IMG/VR virus record: IMGVR_UViG_3300032288_001804
Location: 1-64,000 of that record
Origin: a virus
Strand: one strand, 5' to 3'
Length of the DNA stretch: 64,000 bases
Shown: piece by piece, positions 15,123 through 25,591 of the stretch
How positions within the stretch are numbered: the first letter of the stretch is position 1
Layout of the letters: each line of letters begins with the position of its first letter
Notes under the pieces: generated by a model
The model's database searches: none
The model's input: only the letters and a program-made list of their open reading frames with translations
What the model was told of the DNA's origin: nothing
Position numbers and translations under genes: made by a program

Positions 15123-16317
15123 ACATGAAAGCCTAGCCAAGACCGGTAAAGAACTAATGTTAAAGGAGCCCTTCTACGGGCTCTTTCTCATTGGTCTAAA
15201 CAAGGTGTGGCAGAAGAGAGTTCCTACCGCAGGTGTGAGTAAGAACAATATTAATTATCAGCTTACGATAAATGAAGATTTCTGGAATAGCCTGAGCTCT
15301 GACCACAAGCTTGGTCTACTAAAGCATGAGCTATTGCATATTGCATTCTTTCATTTAACTATGCATGATAACTTTGCAGATCCGCGCCTAGCTAACATAG
15401 CTATGGACCTTGAGATTAACCAGTATATTGATTCGCAGTATCTTCCTGAAGGAGGTTGTACTATAGATAACGAAACTTTTAAACCATATAACCTACCTAT
15501 TAAGGCCGGTTGTAGAGAGTATTATGAGATCTTAGCTAAGGAAAGAGATAAACAGGAACAGCAAGGTGGTGGTAAAAGTAAACTTCAAAAAATTCTTGAT
15601 GCTATAGCTAGAGGAGATAGTCACGATGAAGATGGTGATGCGGTTCCTGATCATAGTACTTGGGATGACTTTAAGGATTTACCTGAAGCAGAAAAGAAGC
15701 TTATAGAAAAGCAATTAGAGCATATCCTTAAGGAAGTAGCGCAACAAGTTAAAGGTCGCGGTACTATACCTGGGGAGATGCAAGGATTGCTTGATAAGAT
15801 CAGTAGTAAGGAACCACCAAAGTTTGACTGGCGTGGTTATCTTAGAAGATTTGCTGGGGGTTCCCAGAAAGTGTATACTAAAAAGCTTAGAAGAAAATTC
15901 AATAAGCGTTTTGAAGAGATGGCAGGTTTAAAAGTTAAACCAAGAAAACATATTCTTGTTGCCATAGATACTAGTGGTTCAGTATCAGATGATGAACTCC
16001 GTGAGTTCTTCCATGAGATTGACCATATTAATAAGACCGGTGCTGAGATTACTGTATTACAATGTGATACAAAGATTAACAGCGTTAAGAAATATTCCGC
16101 CGGTGATACTGTAGAAATTTTTGGAAGAGGGGGAACTGAGTTTGATCCCGTTATTGAGTATTACAATCAGCATCTTAAGAACTTCAGTTGTATGGTATAT
16201 CTAACTGATGGCGAATGCTATTGCACTGTAAAGCCTAGAGGCAAAATGTTATGGGTAATTTCTTCTCGTTCACAAATGAATGAGAGCTTACCAGGACCAA
16301 AAATTAAATTAAACTAA
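15115..16317 (+). CDS. DUF2201-type zincin metallopeptidase fused to a vWA domain
   Basis: HELLH, NIAMDLEINQ, MIDAS DTSGS, GRGGTEF, YLTDG. Confidence 0.9.
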   Translation: MDKHESLAKTGKELMLKEPFYGLFLIGLNKVWQKRVPTAGVSKNNINYQLTINEDFWNSLSSDHKLGLLKHELLHIAFFHLTMHDNFADPRLANIAMDLEINQYIDSQYLPEGGCTIDNETFKPYNLPIKAGCREYYEILAKERDKQEQQGGGKSKLQKILDAIARGDSHDEDGDAVPDHSTWDDFKDLPEAEKKLIEKQLEHILKEVAQQVKGRGTIPGEMQGLLDKISSKEPPKFDWRGYLRRFAGGSQKVYTKKLRRKFNKRFEEMAGLKVKPRKHILVAIDTSGSVSDDELREFFHEIDHINKTGAEITVLQCDTKINSVKKYSAGDTVEIFGRGGTEFDPVIEYYNQHLKNFSCMVYLTDGECYCTVKPRGKMLWVISSRSQMNESLPGPKIKLN

Positions 16318-16324
16318 TAAGAAA

Positions 16325-17521
16325 ATGAGCGCACAAGTAGAACTTAACACAGATGAATTAAAAGGATTTGTAAATCACATTGTAAATAATAACCGCTATC
16401 TTCAAGAGAATGGTAAGATCCCTGTAGCAATTGCTGTAGAGGGTGAGGCTGGTATCGGTAAGACAAGTACTATATTGGAGATAGGTAAAGACCTAGGTCT
16501 TAATGTAGTTAAGATTAATCTTTCTCAGATTGAGGAGATTGGTGACTTAACCGGTTTTCCAGTTAAAGAATTTGAAGTAGTTAAGACTGCTGAGGATGGA
16601 GCTAAGGTAACCAAGTGGATACCCGAGAATACTCTGCCTATGTATATCCAAAATAAATATGTTCCAACTGGTGAGAAGCGCATGACACATGCTACTCCAG
16701 AGTGGATCCAAGGTAAAGAAGAAGGTGGTATCTTAATTCTCGATGACTATACCCGTGCAGATAGCAGATTCTTGCAGGCGTGTATGGAGTTGATTGACCG
16801 CCAAACTTATATCTCTTGGAAACTACCAAAGGACTGGCACATCATCTTGACTACTAACCCAGATAATGGTGACTATAATGTTACTAGTATTGACGTTGCT
16901 CAAAAGACTCGTTTCATCACTACTTATCTTAAGTTTGATGCAGAGTGCTGGGCACGTTGGGCAGAGCAAAATGATATTGACTCTCGTTGTATTAACTTCT
17001 TGTTGATGCACCCTGAGACGGTAACACAAAAGACTAATGCTCGTAGTATTACCACTTTCTTTAACTCTATTTCTAGTGTAGAAAACTTTGAGGAAAGCTT
17101 ACCGCTAATCCAAATGATTGGTGAGGGTAGTGTAGGTGGCGAGTTCGCTACTCTATTTACTACATTCATCCACAACAAGTTAGATAAAATGGTGTCTCCT
17201 AAAGACATGCTTACTAACGCAAGTTGGGAATATGTTAAAGGACAAATGGGTAGTGCTATGGGTAAAGTAGCAGATGACGGGTACCGTGCAGACATTGCTA
17301 GTGTACTTGCACACCGTCTAATTAACTTCACTGTAGTTTATTCTGAGAAGAATACTGTAGACCAAAAGATCTTGGATCGCATCACTAACTTTATTACTGA
17401 CAAGGACATCTTTAACAATGACCTTAAGTATGCAATCATTAAAGGTATTGTAAACGGTAACAAAGCCAAGTTTACACGTCTAATGATGAATGCAGAAATC
17501 GCTAAAATCGCTGTAAAATAA
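16325..17521 (+). CDS. MoxR-like AAA+ ATPase
   Basis: GEAGIGKTS, ILILDDYTRA, LTTNP, DVAQKTRF; adjacent to a vWA gene. Confidence 0.85.
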   Translation: MSAQVELNTDELKGFVNHIVNNNRYLQENGKIPVAIAVEGEAGIGKTSTILEIGKDLGLNVVKINLSQIEEIGDLTGFPVKEFEVVKTAEDGAKVTKWIPENTLPMYIQNKYVPTGEKRMTHATPEWIQGKEEGGILILDDYTRADSRFLQACMELIDRQTYISWKLPKDWHIILTTNPDNGDYNVTSIDVAQKTRFITTYLKFDAECWARWAEQNDIDSRCINFLLMHPETVTQKTNARSITTFFNSISSVENFEESLPLIQMIGEGSVGGEFATLFTTFIHNKLDKMVSPKDMLTNASWEYVKGQMGSAMGKVADDGYRADIASVLAHRLINFTVVYSEKNTVDQKILDRITNFITDKDIFNNDLKYAIIKGIVNGNKAKFTRLMMNAEIAKIAVK

Positions 17522-18651
17522 TGAGAGGTAACCTTCTTAAAAACAATGTTACTCCTGAGATGCTTGCACAACTCCCCTTCATTGAGGGGGAGCTGCAAGT
17601 TGTCATGGCTAGGGGTAAGAAGGTAGGGAATATATACAAGCTATATAACCTTACTAAAGAAAATATAGAGAAAGCTAAAAAGCTTTTGACTGGGGATCTA
17701 ATGCCTACTCTACCAAAAAAGAGTAGAGTTTATGTATTACCCAATTGTATATATACTCAAGTGCAAATCAGAGAGTTGTGTAAGTTTCATGGGTTTACGA
17801 TTACTCATGATATATCTAGGGCAGACTTATTTGTGGGTAATAAAAATACCATTCTTGCTGGCATGGATAACAATGAGTTTCCTGATGCACTCGGTAGTCT
17901 AGAGACTAGGTTGTATAAGTATGAAATGAAAGATGACTTTGCTAAGTTAGCTTTTACTACAAGGTATCCAGATTTTCTAGAGCCTGCTACTGATACCAAT
18001 GCAGATGTGTATTTCAGCCGTCAGTATTATAATAATATAGACGCTTGGTCTACCTTATACGGTACTGATGATTACTATACGCTGATTAGTGGAGAAGCTG
18101 TAGAAATTTTACATAGAATACTTTCTGCTAAAGTTCCTGTTGTAAACGAGGATAATATCTTTAATTCTATTGAGCGTCTAGTTATAGATGACGAAATGTA
18201 TAATACCCTAAGCATGATGTTTGATGCATCAATGGATGATAAAAAGATTGCTTGTGAGTTGCTCTTTAATGCTGACTATGATAAGTCTTACTATAACATT
18301 TATAAGTTAATTAAGAATTATTACTATACTATAGACAGCTACATGACTCGAAATAATAGAGAAATAATTTCTAGAATATTTCCGCTTAGAGATATCTATA
18401 ACTCAGACTTTAAAAGAGATTTGGATAGGATTTATACAGCGGAGCATCTTACTGAAGAAATATACTTTGATATTTTATATCACCAAGCGACTCAGGATAC
18501 CAAGAGCATACACGATTCTCTAGGTAGACTCCAAGACTTTTTTGCTGTAGACCTGTTTGTGAAAAAGAGTTATGAAGAATTCATAGAATCTAAAAAACCA
18601 AAAGTAAATGAAGAAAATGTTAAAAGTGCTGAATCTAACAGTCCCTTCTAG
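17521..18651 (+). CDS. BRCT-like domain protein, paralog A
   Basis: RVYVLPNCIYTQVQIRELCKFHGFTITHDISRADLFV; C-terminal helical motif shared with neighbours. Confidence 0.55.
   Translation: MRGNLLKNNVTPEMLAQLPFIEGELQVVMARGKKVGNIYKLYNLTKENIEKAKKLLTGDLMPTLPKKSRVYVLPNCIYTQVQIRELCKFHGFTITHDISRADLFVGNKNTILAGMDNNEFPDALGSLETRLYKYEMKDDFAKLAFTTRYPDFLEPATDTNADVYFSRQYYNNIDAWSTLYGTDDYYTLISGEAVEILHRILSAKVPVVNEDNIFNSIERLVIDDEMYNTLSMMFDASMDDKKIACELLFNADYDKSYYNIYKLIKNYYYTIDSYMTRNNREIISRIFPLRDIYNSDFKRDLDRIYTAEHLTEEIYFDILYHQATQDTKSIHDSLGRLQDFFAVDLFVKKSYEEFIESKKPKVNEENVKSAESNSPF
17563..17599 (+). other. strong GC hairpin just downstream of the MoxR stop, inside the next CDS
   Basis: CTCCCCTTC-ATT-GAGGGGGAG core with CTTGCA/TGCAAG outer arms. 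Confidence 0.45.
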
Positions 18652-19771
18652 TGACAAGTTTAAGTTAGAAGTAACACATGTTATTCCAGGTTCAGATGGT
18701 AATATTACTAAAAACTGGGGTCGTGAAATACCAGCTAATCCTGTAGATAAAACTAAAGAGTTAGATATTAACTCAATTAAGACTATATACTTTGCTCCTA
18801 AAGTTAATGTACCTAGAGAAAGGGTAAGACCTTTCTTAGAAGATAAGGGTATTAAAATCATCCGAGATGTAAATAAAGCTGATGCTGTAATTGTTTCAGA
18901 TGATACTTATGACTATAATGTAACTAACTGGTGGGGTAATGCATGCGGTATAGCATCTATGTTACACTTCTTAAGAAGTTTTAATGGTGCTGTAAATACT
19001 AACCAAATTATAATACAATTAGAAGCTTATGTAAACTCAGGTGTGCTTGATTCTAACTATGTAATCTATGATATAAATGAACTCACCGGTATTTATAAGC
19101 ATAACCCTAACTGTGTTACATCAAAGTCAAGCTGGGGTTTACACTATACTAGTCCAGGTAAATCTGATTTTGGTGGAGATGCTCAAGCTGTAGATAGAGG
19201 TTACATATCTCAGGTTAAAGATCATACTATTTATGATTCTGCATATATGTCTAAATGTTATGACCAAACATCAATCCTTAAACATCTTGGTGAAAATGTT
19301 ATAGATAAAGAATCATATGAGAGTCTTAGAACCATGTTACAAAGTACTGATAAAAGTAACCATCTTATTGCTATGACGATTATGGCTAATGCTAACTATG
19401 AACAAAGCTTTATGTATTTAGCATTCTTGCTAGAGGAGTTTGGCAGAGGTCCTATCTATAATCACAGTTATAGAAATACTGTAGGATTTAAGTCTTTAAC
19501 TAAATGGATAGGGTATAATAAATATCGTTTTGATAAAGATGCTATCCTAGATATAAGCTTGGAGAAAAAGTTACTTACACGTGAACTATTGGCTATTGTT
19601 AAAGATTATTATCTTCAAGGTGCTAATGCTTATAGTTCTAACTTTGAAGTATCTGAGATTAAGCTAAATGCTGAGTCACAAAAAATGATTGATAAATATT
19701 TTAACGAGAAAGAAAATGGTAACAGACTTCCAAGCGGAGGAGAACTTCTACAAGAAGAGGTATCACTTTAG
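18608..19771 (+). CDS. BRCT-like domain protein, paralog B
   Basis: TIYFAPKVNVPRERVRPFLEDKGIKIIRDVNKADAVIVS; VIDKESYESLRTMLQSTDKSNHLIAM. Confidence 0.55.
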   Translation: MKKMLKVLNLTVPSSDKFKLEVTHVIPGSDGNITKNWGREIPANPVDKTKELDINSIKTIYFAPKVNVPRERVRPFLEDKGIKIIRDVNKADAVIVSDDTYDYNVTNWWGNACGIASMLHFLRSFNGAVNTNQIIIQLEAYVNSGVLDSNYVIYDINELTGIYKHNPNCVTSKSSWGLHYTSPGKSDFGGDAQAVDRGYISQVKDHTIYDSAYMSKCYDQTSILKHLGENVIDKESYESLRTMLQSTDKSNHLIAMTIMANANYEQSFMYLAFLLEEFGRGPIYNHSYRNTVGFKSLTKWIGYNKYRFDKDAILDISLEKKLLTRELLAIVKDYYLQGANAYSSNFEVSEIKLNAESQKMIDKYFNEKENGNRLPSGGELLQEEVSL

Positions 19772-20705
19772 TTATTCGGGCTTAAATAAGTTATTGTTTA
19801 GCCCTAGATCATTTTATAATCATTATATCCTAAACCAAAGAGAGGACAAGATGGAGCAGCACCTAATTGAGGGTACGCTGCTTCACTGTCTTCTCCTAGA
19901 GGAGGATAAGTTTAATGAAAAATTTGTATTATCTCCTAACAAGCTACCTGGGGACAGCGCTAAGAAAGTTCTTGACAAAGTATTCACTAGAGCCTTAATT
20001 GATGGCTATACTGAGTTATCTTTGGAAGACCTTTCTAGTGATATCATAATGGTATTACAAGAAATAAATCTTCATCAAAGTCTTAAGACTGATGAACAAC
20101 GTGTAGAGAAAATGATAACTGAGGAAAACAAAAGTTATTATGATTTCCTACGCACTAAGGGTGACAAGCTTGTCATTGACAACGAGACCCTGGACAAAGT
20201 AAAGATATCTGTAGATGAAGTAAAAGGTAATAGTAAAGCTTGGAGCTTGCTTGGTATCGGTAACCCGGATACAAAAAGTGAGGTGCCACTCCAGACTGAT
20301 TTGCTTAACTATAACTTTGGACTTAAAGGTATAGTAGATAACATCCGTGTAGCCCACGATGAAAAAACTATCTACATCAATGACCTGAAAACTACAGGTA
20401 AAATGATTCAGGATTTTCCTGAAACAGTAGAGTATTACAAGTACTGGTTGCAAGCTGCAGTGTACTGTAAATTAGTAAGAGCAAATAACCAAGAGTTAAA
20501 TGGAGAGTTAAGTGATTACAAGATTAAGTTTCATTTCGTAGTGGTTGATAAGATTAACCAGTGTTACGCATTTGAAGTTAGTAAAGTAACACTTAACAAG
20601 TGGTTAGATGATCTAGACGATGTGTTAAAAATTGCGGCGTATCATTATGATTCCCGTAATTATGACTTACCTTATATGTATAAGGAAGGTAATGTAATCT
20701 TGTAA
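19716..20705 (+). CDS. PD-(D/E)XK exonuclease (RecE/ExoVIII-like)
   Basis: FSYSGL, GTLLHCLL, LKGIVD...INDLKTTG, YWLQAAVY. Confidence 0.85.
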   Translation: MVTDFQAEENFYKKRYHFSYSGLNKLLFSPRSFYNHYILNQREDKMEQHLIEGTLLHCLLLEEDKFNEKFVLSPNKLPGDSAKKVLDKVFTRALIDGYTELSLEDLSSDIIMVLQEINLHQSLKTDEQRVEKMITEENKSYYDFLRTKGDKLVIDNETLDKVKISVDEVKGNSKAWSLLGIGNPDTKSEVPLQTDLLNYNFGLKGIVDNIRVAHDEKTIYINDLKTTGKMIQDFPETVEYYKYWLQAAVYCKLVRANNQELNGELSDYKIKFHFVVVDKINQCYAFEVSKVTLNKWLDDLDDVLKIAAYHYDSRNYDLPYMYKEGNVIL

Positions 20706-20718
20706 AACAATCATCCCA

Positions 20719-21288
20719 ATGATTAATAAATTGTATACTGATCATTTCCAAAAGTCGCGTGCATTTTTGTACCCACTTTTAGGAATAAGAAGAGGTGCTA
20801 TTATAACTCCTATGGAGACTTATGTCGCATGGGAGGATGAGTTTCTTGCAGAAGATAGGAAACTTATATTAACGTATCACCTAAGGGAAGATAAGGAGTT
20901 CTCAGATTTTGAGAAGTCTAAATTACTTGATAATAGTTTGTTGTGTGACTTTAGAGAAACAAACCATAAAGTTGGTGTATATATCTTCGACTATGAAGGT
21001 TTTGCCAATGATTGGGATTGTTTCCTTAAAGGTCATTACTCTAAGATGTCTGCTCCTGTTAAACGCAGGATACTAGATTTCTTTAAAAACAATCACAGTA
21101 ATTATAAATACTTAGAAAGTTATCTATACCCTGAAAAGTATTTTAAAACTTATGCAGAACTACTTGATGTACCTGTTGAAGTACTACAAGAAGTTGGTGA
21201 GCTTGCTAGTCCACCAGATATTGCTAAAGAAACTTTACGCCTAAAGGCTGAAGAACTAATTAATTTTAATATTTTTGAAAAAAAGTAA
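20719..21288 (+). CDS. hypothetical protein
   Basis: ORF in operon; FLYPLLG and FLKGHYSK motifs. Confidence 0.75.
   Translation: MINKLYTDHFQKSRAFLYPLLGIRRGAIITPMETYVAWEDEFLAEDRKLILTYHLREDKEFSDFEKSKLLDNSLLCDFRETNHKVGVYIFDYEGFANDWDCFLKGHYSKMSAPVKRRILDFFKNNHSNYKYLESYLYPEKYFKTYAELLDVPVEVLQEVGELASPPDIAKETLRLKAEELINFNIFEKK
21270..21277 (+). promoter_or_regulatory. Bacteroidota -7 promoter element
   Basis: TATTTTTG, 14 nt upstream of ATG 21292. Confidence 0.4.
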
Positions 21289-21291
21289 TTT

Positions 21292-21666
21292 ATGAATAAC
21301 ATGATGTTGATCTCCGCTGGTACTAAAGAGGGAGATAAAACTTTTAAGATGATTCCACTAACTGAGGAGTGTCCTTATGTAGAAGGAATTTTTTATCCTG
21401 GAAATAATATCTTAGCGCTTATTGGTGTAAACAAAAAAGATATTTTCCACATGATGCCTAAGTTAGATCCTAATGGTGATCCTGAATTCCGTAAGACTCC
21501 GTCTAAAGATGGTGTACCGGTTAAACAAGAGCGCCGTACCATTGAAACTTATCAAGAGTATTATTTGGAAGACCGTGCTGATATTGATGCATTTGTTAAA
21601 CATTTTGCTATTAATGCAAATACGTTTGACTATGGTCAATACTTTAAAGAAGAACCTGCAGCGTAA
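21292..21666 (+). CDS. hypothetical protein
   Basis: ORF followed by a terminator. Confidence 0.75.
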   Translation: MNNMMLISAGTKEGDKTFKMIPLTEECPYVEGIFYPGNNILALIGVNKKDIFHMMPKLDPNGDPEFRKTPSKDGVPVKQERRTIETYQEYYLEDRADIDAFVKHFAINANTFDYGQYFKEEPAA

Positions 21667-21671
21667 ATGAG

Positions 21672-21692
21672 AGGGGGAGAAATCCCCCTTTT
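21672..21692 (+). terminator. intrinsic terminator
   Basis: AGGGGGA-GAAA-TCCCCCT-TTT. Confidence 0.7.
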
Positions 21693-21728
21693 CTTAACTT
21701 TATATGGGGGGACAGCTTAACTGAACAA

Positions 21729-23726
21729 ATGTATATGAGACACTGGGTCATGGATTATGAAACCTTAACGAATTGTTTTGTTGCGGTATTCATACACTAT
21801 AAAGAAGAAGAGCAAAGAGTATTTACAATACATAAATCTAAGAATGATTTTTATGCTCTGTGGAATTTCCTACATACATGCAAAGAAGATAATGAATGGC
21901 ATGTATCATTTAATGGTTTAGCATTTGACTCCCAAATCACTGAGTATATCCTTAAGCAAGGAGAACAACTTATTGATTTACCTGGAGAAGAAATAGCTAA
22001 GGCTATCTATAGGAAAGCCCAAAATGTAATTGAACGTAGTAATAATAACGAGTTCTCGGAGTATCCCGAATGGAAGTTATCTATTCCACAAATTGATTTA
22101 TATAAACTAAATCACTGGGATAACAACGCTAAAAGATCTAGCCTCAAATGGATTGAGTATTCAATGGATTGGCATAACGTACAAGAGATGCCTATACATC
22201 ATACTACAGTTATTGAAACACAAGATCAAATAGATAGCATTATATCTTATTGTATTAACGACGTACTAGCAACTAAAAAGATCTTGCATATTAGCAAAGA
22301 GCAGATTGCTTTACGGAAGAGTCTTACTGAAGAGTATAATGTTAATTTATATAGCGCATCTGAGCCGAGAATTTCTAAAGAGCTATTTGCTTTATTCTTA
22401 TGTGAATCGCTTGGTATGAAAAAAGCTGAGCTTAAATCACTAAGAACAAGAAGAGGAACAATTGCTGTTAAAGATATCATATTAGATTATGTAAAGTTTA
22501 ACCGTAAGGAATTCCAAAATCTTCTTGAAAAGTTTAAAAGCCTTAATATTGATGCGAGCAATACCAAAGGTGCCTTCAAGTATACAATGACCCACAAAGG
22601 GGTTAAAACAGATTTTGGTTTTGGTGGTGTTCATGGTGCTACAAAAGCGGGTGTCTATAAAAGCCAGGATGGTATGATAATAATGACGTCTGACGTTACT
22701 AGTTTCTATCCTAATCTTGCTATCCGTAATAAGTGGTCGCCGGCACATTTACCAAAGAAGATTTTTTGTGATCAATATGAGTGGTTCTTTGAAGAAAGAA
22801 AGAAGATACCCAAGAAAGATCCAAAGAACTATGTATATAAGATTATTCTTAATAGTACTTATGGTTTAAGTAATGATGAGAATAGCTTCCTATATGATCC
22901 TGAGTTTACTATGCGCATTACTATGAATGGTCAATTAAGTTTGATGATGTTATATGAAATGTTGTCTGAGGGTATTCCAGGTAGTATTCCGATTATGCAA
23001 AATACAGATGGTCTTGAGATGATGATTCCTGAAACTTATAAAGGAAAATATTTAGAGATCTGCGAAGAGTGGGAAAAGATAACCCAACTTCAGCTAGAGC
23101 ATGATCAATATGATAAGCTAATACTTGGTGATGTAAATAATTATATTGCAGTCTTTAGTCCTAAAGAGGTATCTATAGAAGACTGGGAAGTGCTGAAGAA
23201 AAAGTATCCGCATTATGTTTTTAAACAGGATGGTGGAAAGTATTTCTATCAAGCTACTAAGTGTAAAGGTAGATTTGAGTTTACAGACCTAGCCTTACAT
23301 AAGAATAAAAGCTTCCTAGTAATACCAAAAGGTATTTATAATTATTTTGTACACGATGTTGTTCCTGAGCAGTATATAAAAACCAATAGAAACATATTTG
23401 ATTTCTGTGCGGGTGCCAAGATAAAAGGCGATTGGTATTTTATAGAAACATGCTTTAGGAATAATCAAAGGTATGATACTGAGTTACAGCATATTGTAAG
23501 ATACTATATATCTAATAGGGGTTGTAAGATAATCAAACATAACAAAATAGATAAGCGCCAAATCCAGCTTGAGTCTGGTAAGTGGATGCAAACTGTTTAT
23601 AATGTACATGAAGACAAACCTTGGAGCTCTTATGGTATTAATGAAGAATATTATCTTCAGAATATCTATAAAGAAATAGAGCACATTACAAAAGCAAAGC
23701 AAAATTCACAATTAAGTTTATTTTAA
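21729..23726 (+). CDS. polB: family B DNA polymerase
   Basis: Exonuclease motifs DYE, FNGLAFD, YCINDV; polymerase motifs DVTSFYPN, KIILNSTYG, NTDG. Confidence 0.93.
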   Translation: MYMRHWVMDYETLTNCFVAVFIHYKEEEQRVFTIHKSKNDFYALWNFLHTCKEDNEWHVSFNGLAFDSQITEYILKQGEQLIDLPGEEIAKAIYRKAQNVIERSNNNEFSEYPEWKLSIPQIDLYKLNHWDNNAKRSSLKWIEYSMDWHNVQEMPIHHTTVIETQDQIDSIISYCINDVLATKKILHISKEQIALRKSLTEEYNVNLYSASEPRISKELFALFLCESLGMKKAELKSLRTRRGTIAVKDIILDYVKFNRKEFQNLLEKFKSLNIDASNTKGAFKYTMTHKGVKTDFGFGGVHGATKAGVYKSQDGMIIMTSDVTSFYPNLAIRNKWSPAHLPKKIFCDQYEWFFEERKKIPKKDPKNYVYKIILNSTYGLSNDENSFLYDPEFTMRITMNGQLSLMMLYEMLSEGIPGSIPIMQNTDGLEMMIPETYKGKYLEICEEWEKITQLQLEHDQYDKLILGDVNNYIAVFSPKEVSIEDWEVLKKKYPHYVFKQDGGKYFYQATKCKGRFEFTDLALHKNKSFLVIPKGIYNYFVHDVVPEQYIKTNRNIFDFCAGAKIKGDWYFIETCFRNNQRYDTELQHIVRYYISNRGCKIIKHNKIDKRQIQLESGKWMQTVYNVHEDKPWSSYGINEEYYLQNIYKEIEHITKAKQNSQLSLF

Positions 23727-23727
23727 A

Positions 23728-24690
23728 ATGAGTAAAAGAATTCCAACGGGTATTACCCGAGAGTATTTGGAGTCTGTAGCCCTGCCTAACCACGGTGGGC
23801 GCTACACTCCTATTAGCCACAAGTCTATTATAGATAAAGTTCATGAAGAACTTACTGCTCGTGGCTTTAATGTAGAAACAGAATTATACCGTGCAAGTAT
23901 TGGCGGTAATGTTGCAAACGGGATGTATATCCTAGATCAAGGAACTGATCCCGATATGAAGATGATGTTTGTATGGGGTAACTCATATGATAAGTCTATG
24001 AGATTTAAGTGTGGTGTTGGGGTATATATACCAAAAACTGGTAACTATATCTTCGCCGGTAACATTTCTAGTTATGCTAGAAAACACACAGGTAAGGCTG
24101 ATGAGGAAGCTATTGCTATGATTCAGACTCAACTTAACCAAGCCAATGCTCACTATACTGAGTTACTTGCGTCAAGAGACATGCTTGTAAATCATAAGGC
24201 TACAGTACGTACATATTCTGAGTTAGTAGGACGTATGTTTATTGAGAAGAATTGTCTTAATAAAGAGCAGGCATCTGCAGTAAGAGACCGTATTGTAAAT
24301 GAAGTTGCACTATTGGACAACTTAGAGTGGGATAATGCATGGAACTTCTACAACTCTGTAGCTACATCTTTGCGTATGTCACACCCTAAGAATTGGTTTG
24401 AGGACCAGTCTACATGCCATGAACTTATCAATGGCTATTTTAATTTAGTGGAGCTAACAAAACTTGGTGAGGAATTAGAAGAGCGTATTTTACAAGATTC
24501 TGTACATGAGGATGTACAAGATATTGTACAAGAGCCTACTAATCAACTAAATATCTTTGATGTTATTGAGGAGGTAGAAGTAGCACCTAAATTAAGTTCT
24601 CCTACAGATGTTATTGTTGATGAAATTCCAGAAGAATTCTTTACCTTTGAAGAACCTGAAACAACAACATTTGAATTACCTGATCTATGA
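23728..24690 (+). CDS. DUF932-like protein with an acidic tail
   Basis: YTPISH...GNSYDKSM...RKHTG...AWNFYN. Confidence 0.65.
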   Translation: MSKRIPTGITREYLESVALPNHGGRYTPISHKSIIDKVHEELTARGFNVETELYRASIGGNVANGMYILDQGTDPDMKMMFVWGNSYDKSMRFKCGVGVYIPKTGNYIFAGNISSYARKHTGKADEEAIAMIQTQLNQANAHYTELLASRDMLVNHKATVRTYSELVGRMFIEKNCLNKEQASAVRDRIVNEVALLDNLEWDNAWNFYNSVATSLRMSHPKNWFEDQSTCHELINGYFNLVELTKLGEELEERILQDSVHEDVQDIVQEPTNQLNIFDVIEEVEVAPKLSSPTDVIVDEIPEEFFTFEEPETTTFELPDL

Positions 24691-25208
24691 CAAGAGAAGA
24701 GTTTACTAAAAGAGTTGAAAAGCGTATTGATCTAGTGCGCCAGACTCTATTAACTAAGCATAAAGAGTACGCTAAAGACGATAATGTATTCAGAAACTTT
24801 GATGAAGCTGCGGGGGGATTTTCCCTCCACAGCACATCAGCTGAAGTTCTCTGGAGCTACATGACTAAGCACTTAGTTTCTATTAAAGATATAGTGTCTG
24901 ATAATGTACCTGTTGACAATGCTGTAGTATCTGAGAAGATTGGAGATGTAATAAACTATCTTATCTTACTAGAGGCTATGCTGAATGAGAAATGTGAAAG
25001 ACATTGTAAACTTAAAGAAGCATATGAAAAGCACAAGCTCTATAATAAATCATCTGTAGATAGATTATCAATGTGGACTAGTGACTATACTAAGAACACT
25101 GATATGCTTGGTCTTGTAAAGATGGCTAATGCTGACTTTATTAAAAAGAGTAGTGATTATGATATAGATAAAGTAAAGTATAATACTAACGGAGATAAAG
25201 GATATTGA
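24687..25208 (+). CDS. nucleotide-modification-associated all-alpha NTP pyrophosphohydrolase-like protein
   Basis: KHKEYA..DNVFRNF...KH...EKIGDVINYLILL. Confidence 0.6.
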   Translation: MTREEFTKRVEKRIDLVRQTLLTKHKEYAKDDNVFRNFDEAAGGFSLHSTSAEVLWSYMTKHLVSIKDIVSDNVPVDNAVVSEKIGDVINYLILLEAMLNEKCERHCKLKEAYEKHKLYNKSSVDRLSMWTSDYTKNTDMLGLVKMANADFIKKSSDYDIDKVKYNTNGDKGY

Positions 25209-25591
25209 TGAAGAAGTTTATAGATATGGTAGCGGAGTTCCATACCGCGTTTAACATGCCTGACCCACAAGATTACAAACAACTAACACAAGAACAATAT
25301 GAGTTACGTCACAGGCTCTTGGAAGAAGAGAACAACGAGTACCTTGAAGCTTGTGGTGCTGATGACTTGGTGGGGATTGCTGATGCTTTGGGTGACCAGT
25401 TATATATTATTTACGGGACTATTCTTAAGCATGGCTTACAAGATAGGATTGAAGAAGTCTTTACAGAGATCCACAGATCTAACATGAGTAAGCTAGATGA
25501 AAAAGGAAATCCCATCCTCAGAGAAGATGGGAAGATCCTTAAAGGTGAGAATTACTTCAAGCCTGATATCAAGAAAATACTAGGGGTCTAA
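25205..25591 (+). CDS. MazG-like / PRA-PH NTP pyrophosphohydrolase
   Basis: EEENNEY...DALGDQLY...HRSNMSKL...REDGKILKG. Confidence 0.85.
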   Translation: MMKKFIDMVAEFHTAFNMPDPQDYKQLTQEQYELRHRLLEEENNEYLEACGADDLVGIADALGDQLYIIYGTILKHGLQDRIEEVFTEIHRSNMSKLDEKGNPILREDGKILKGENYFKPDIKKILGV

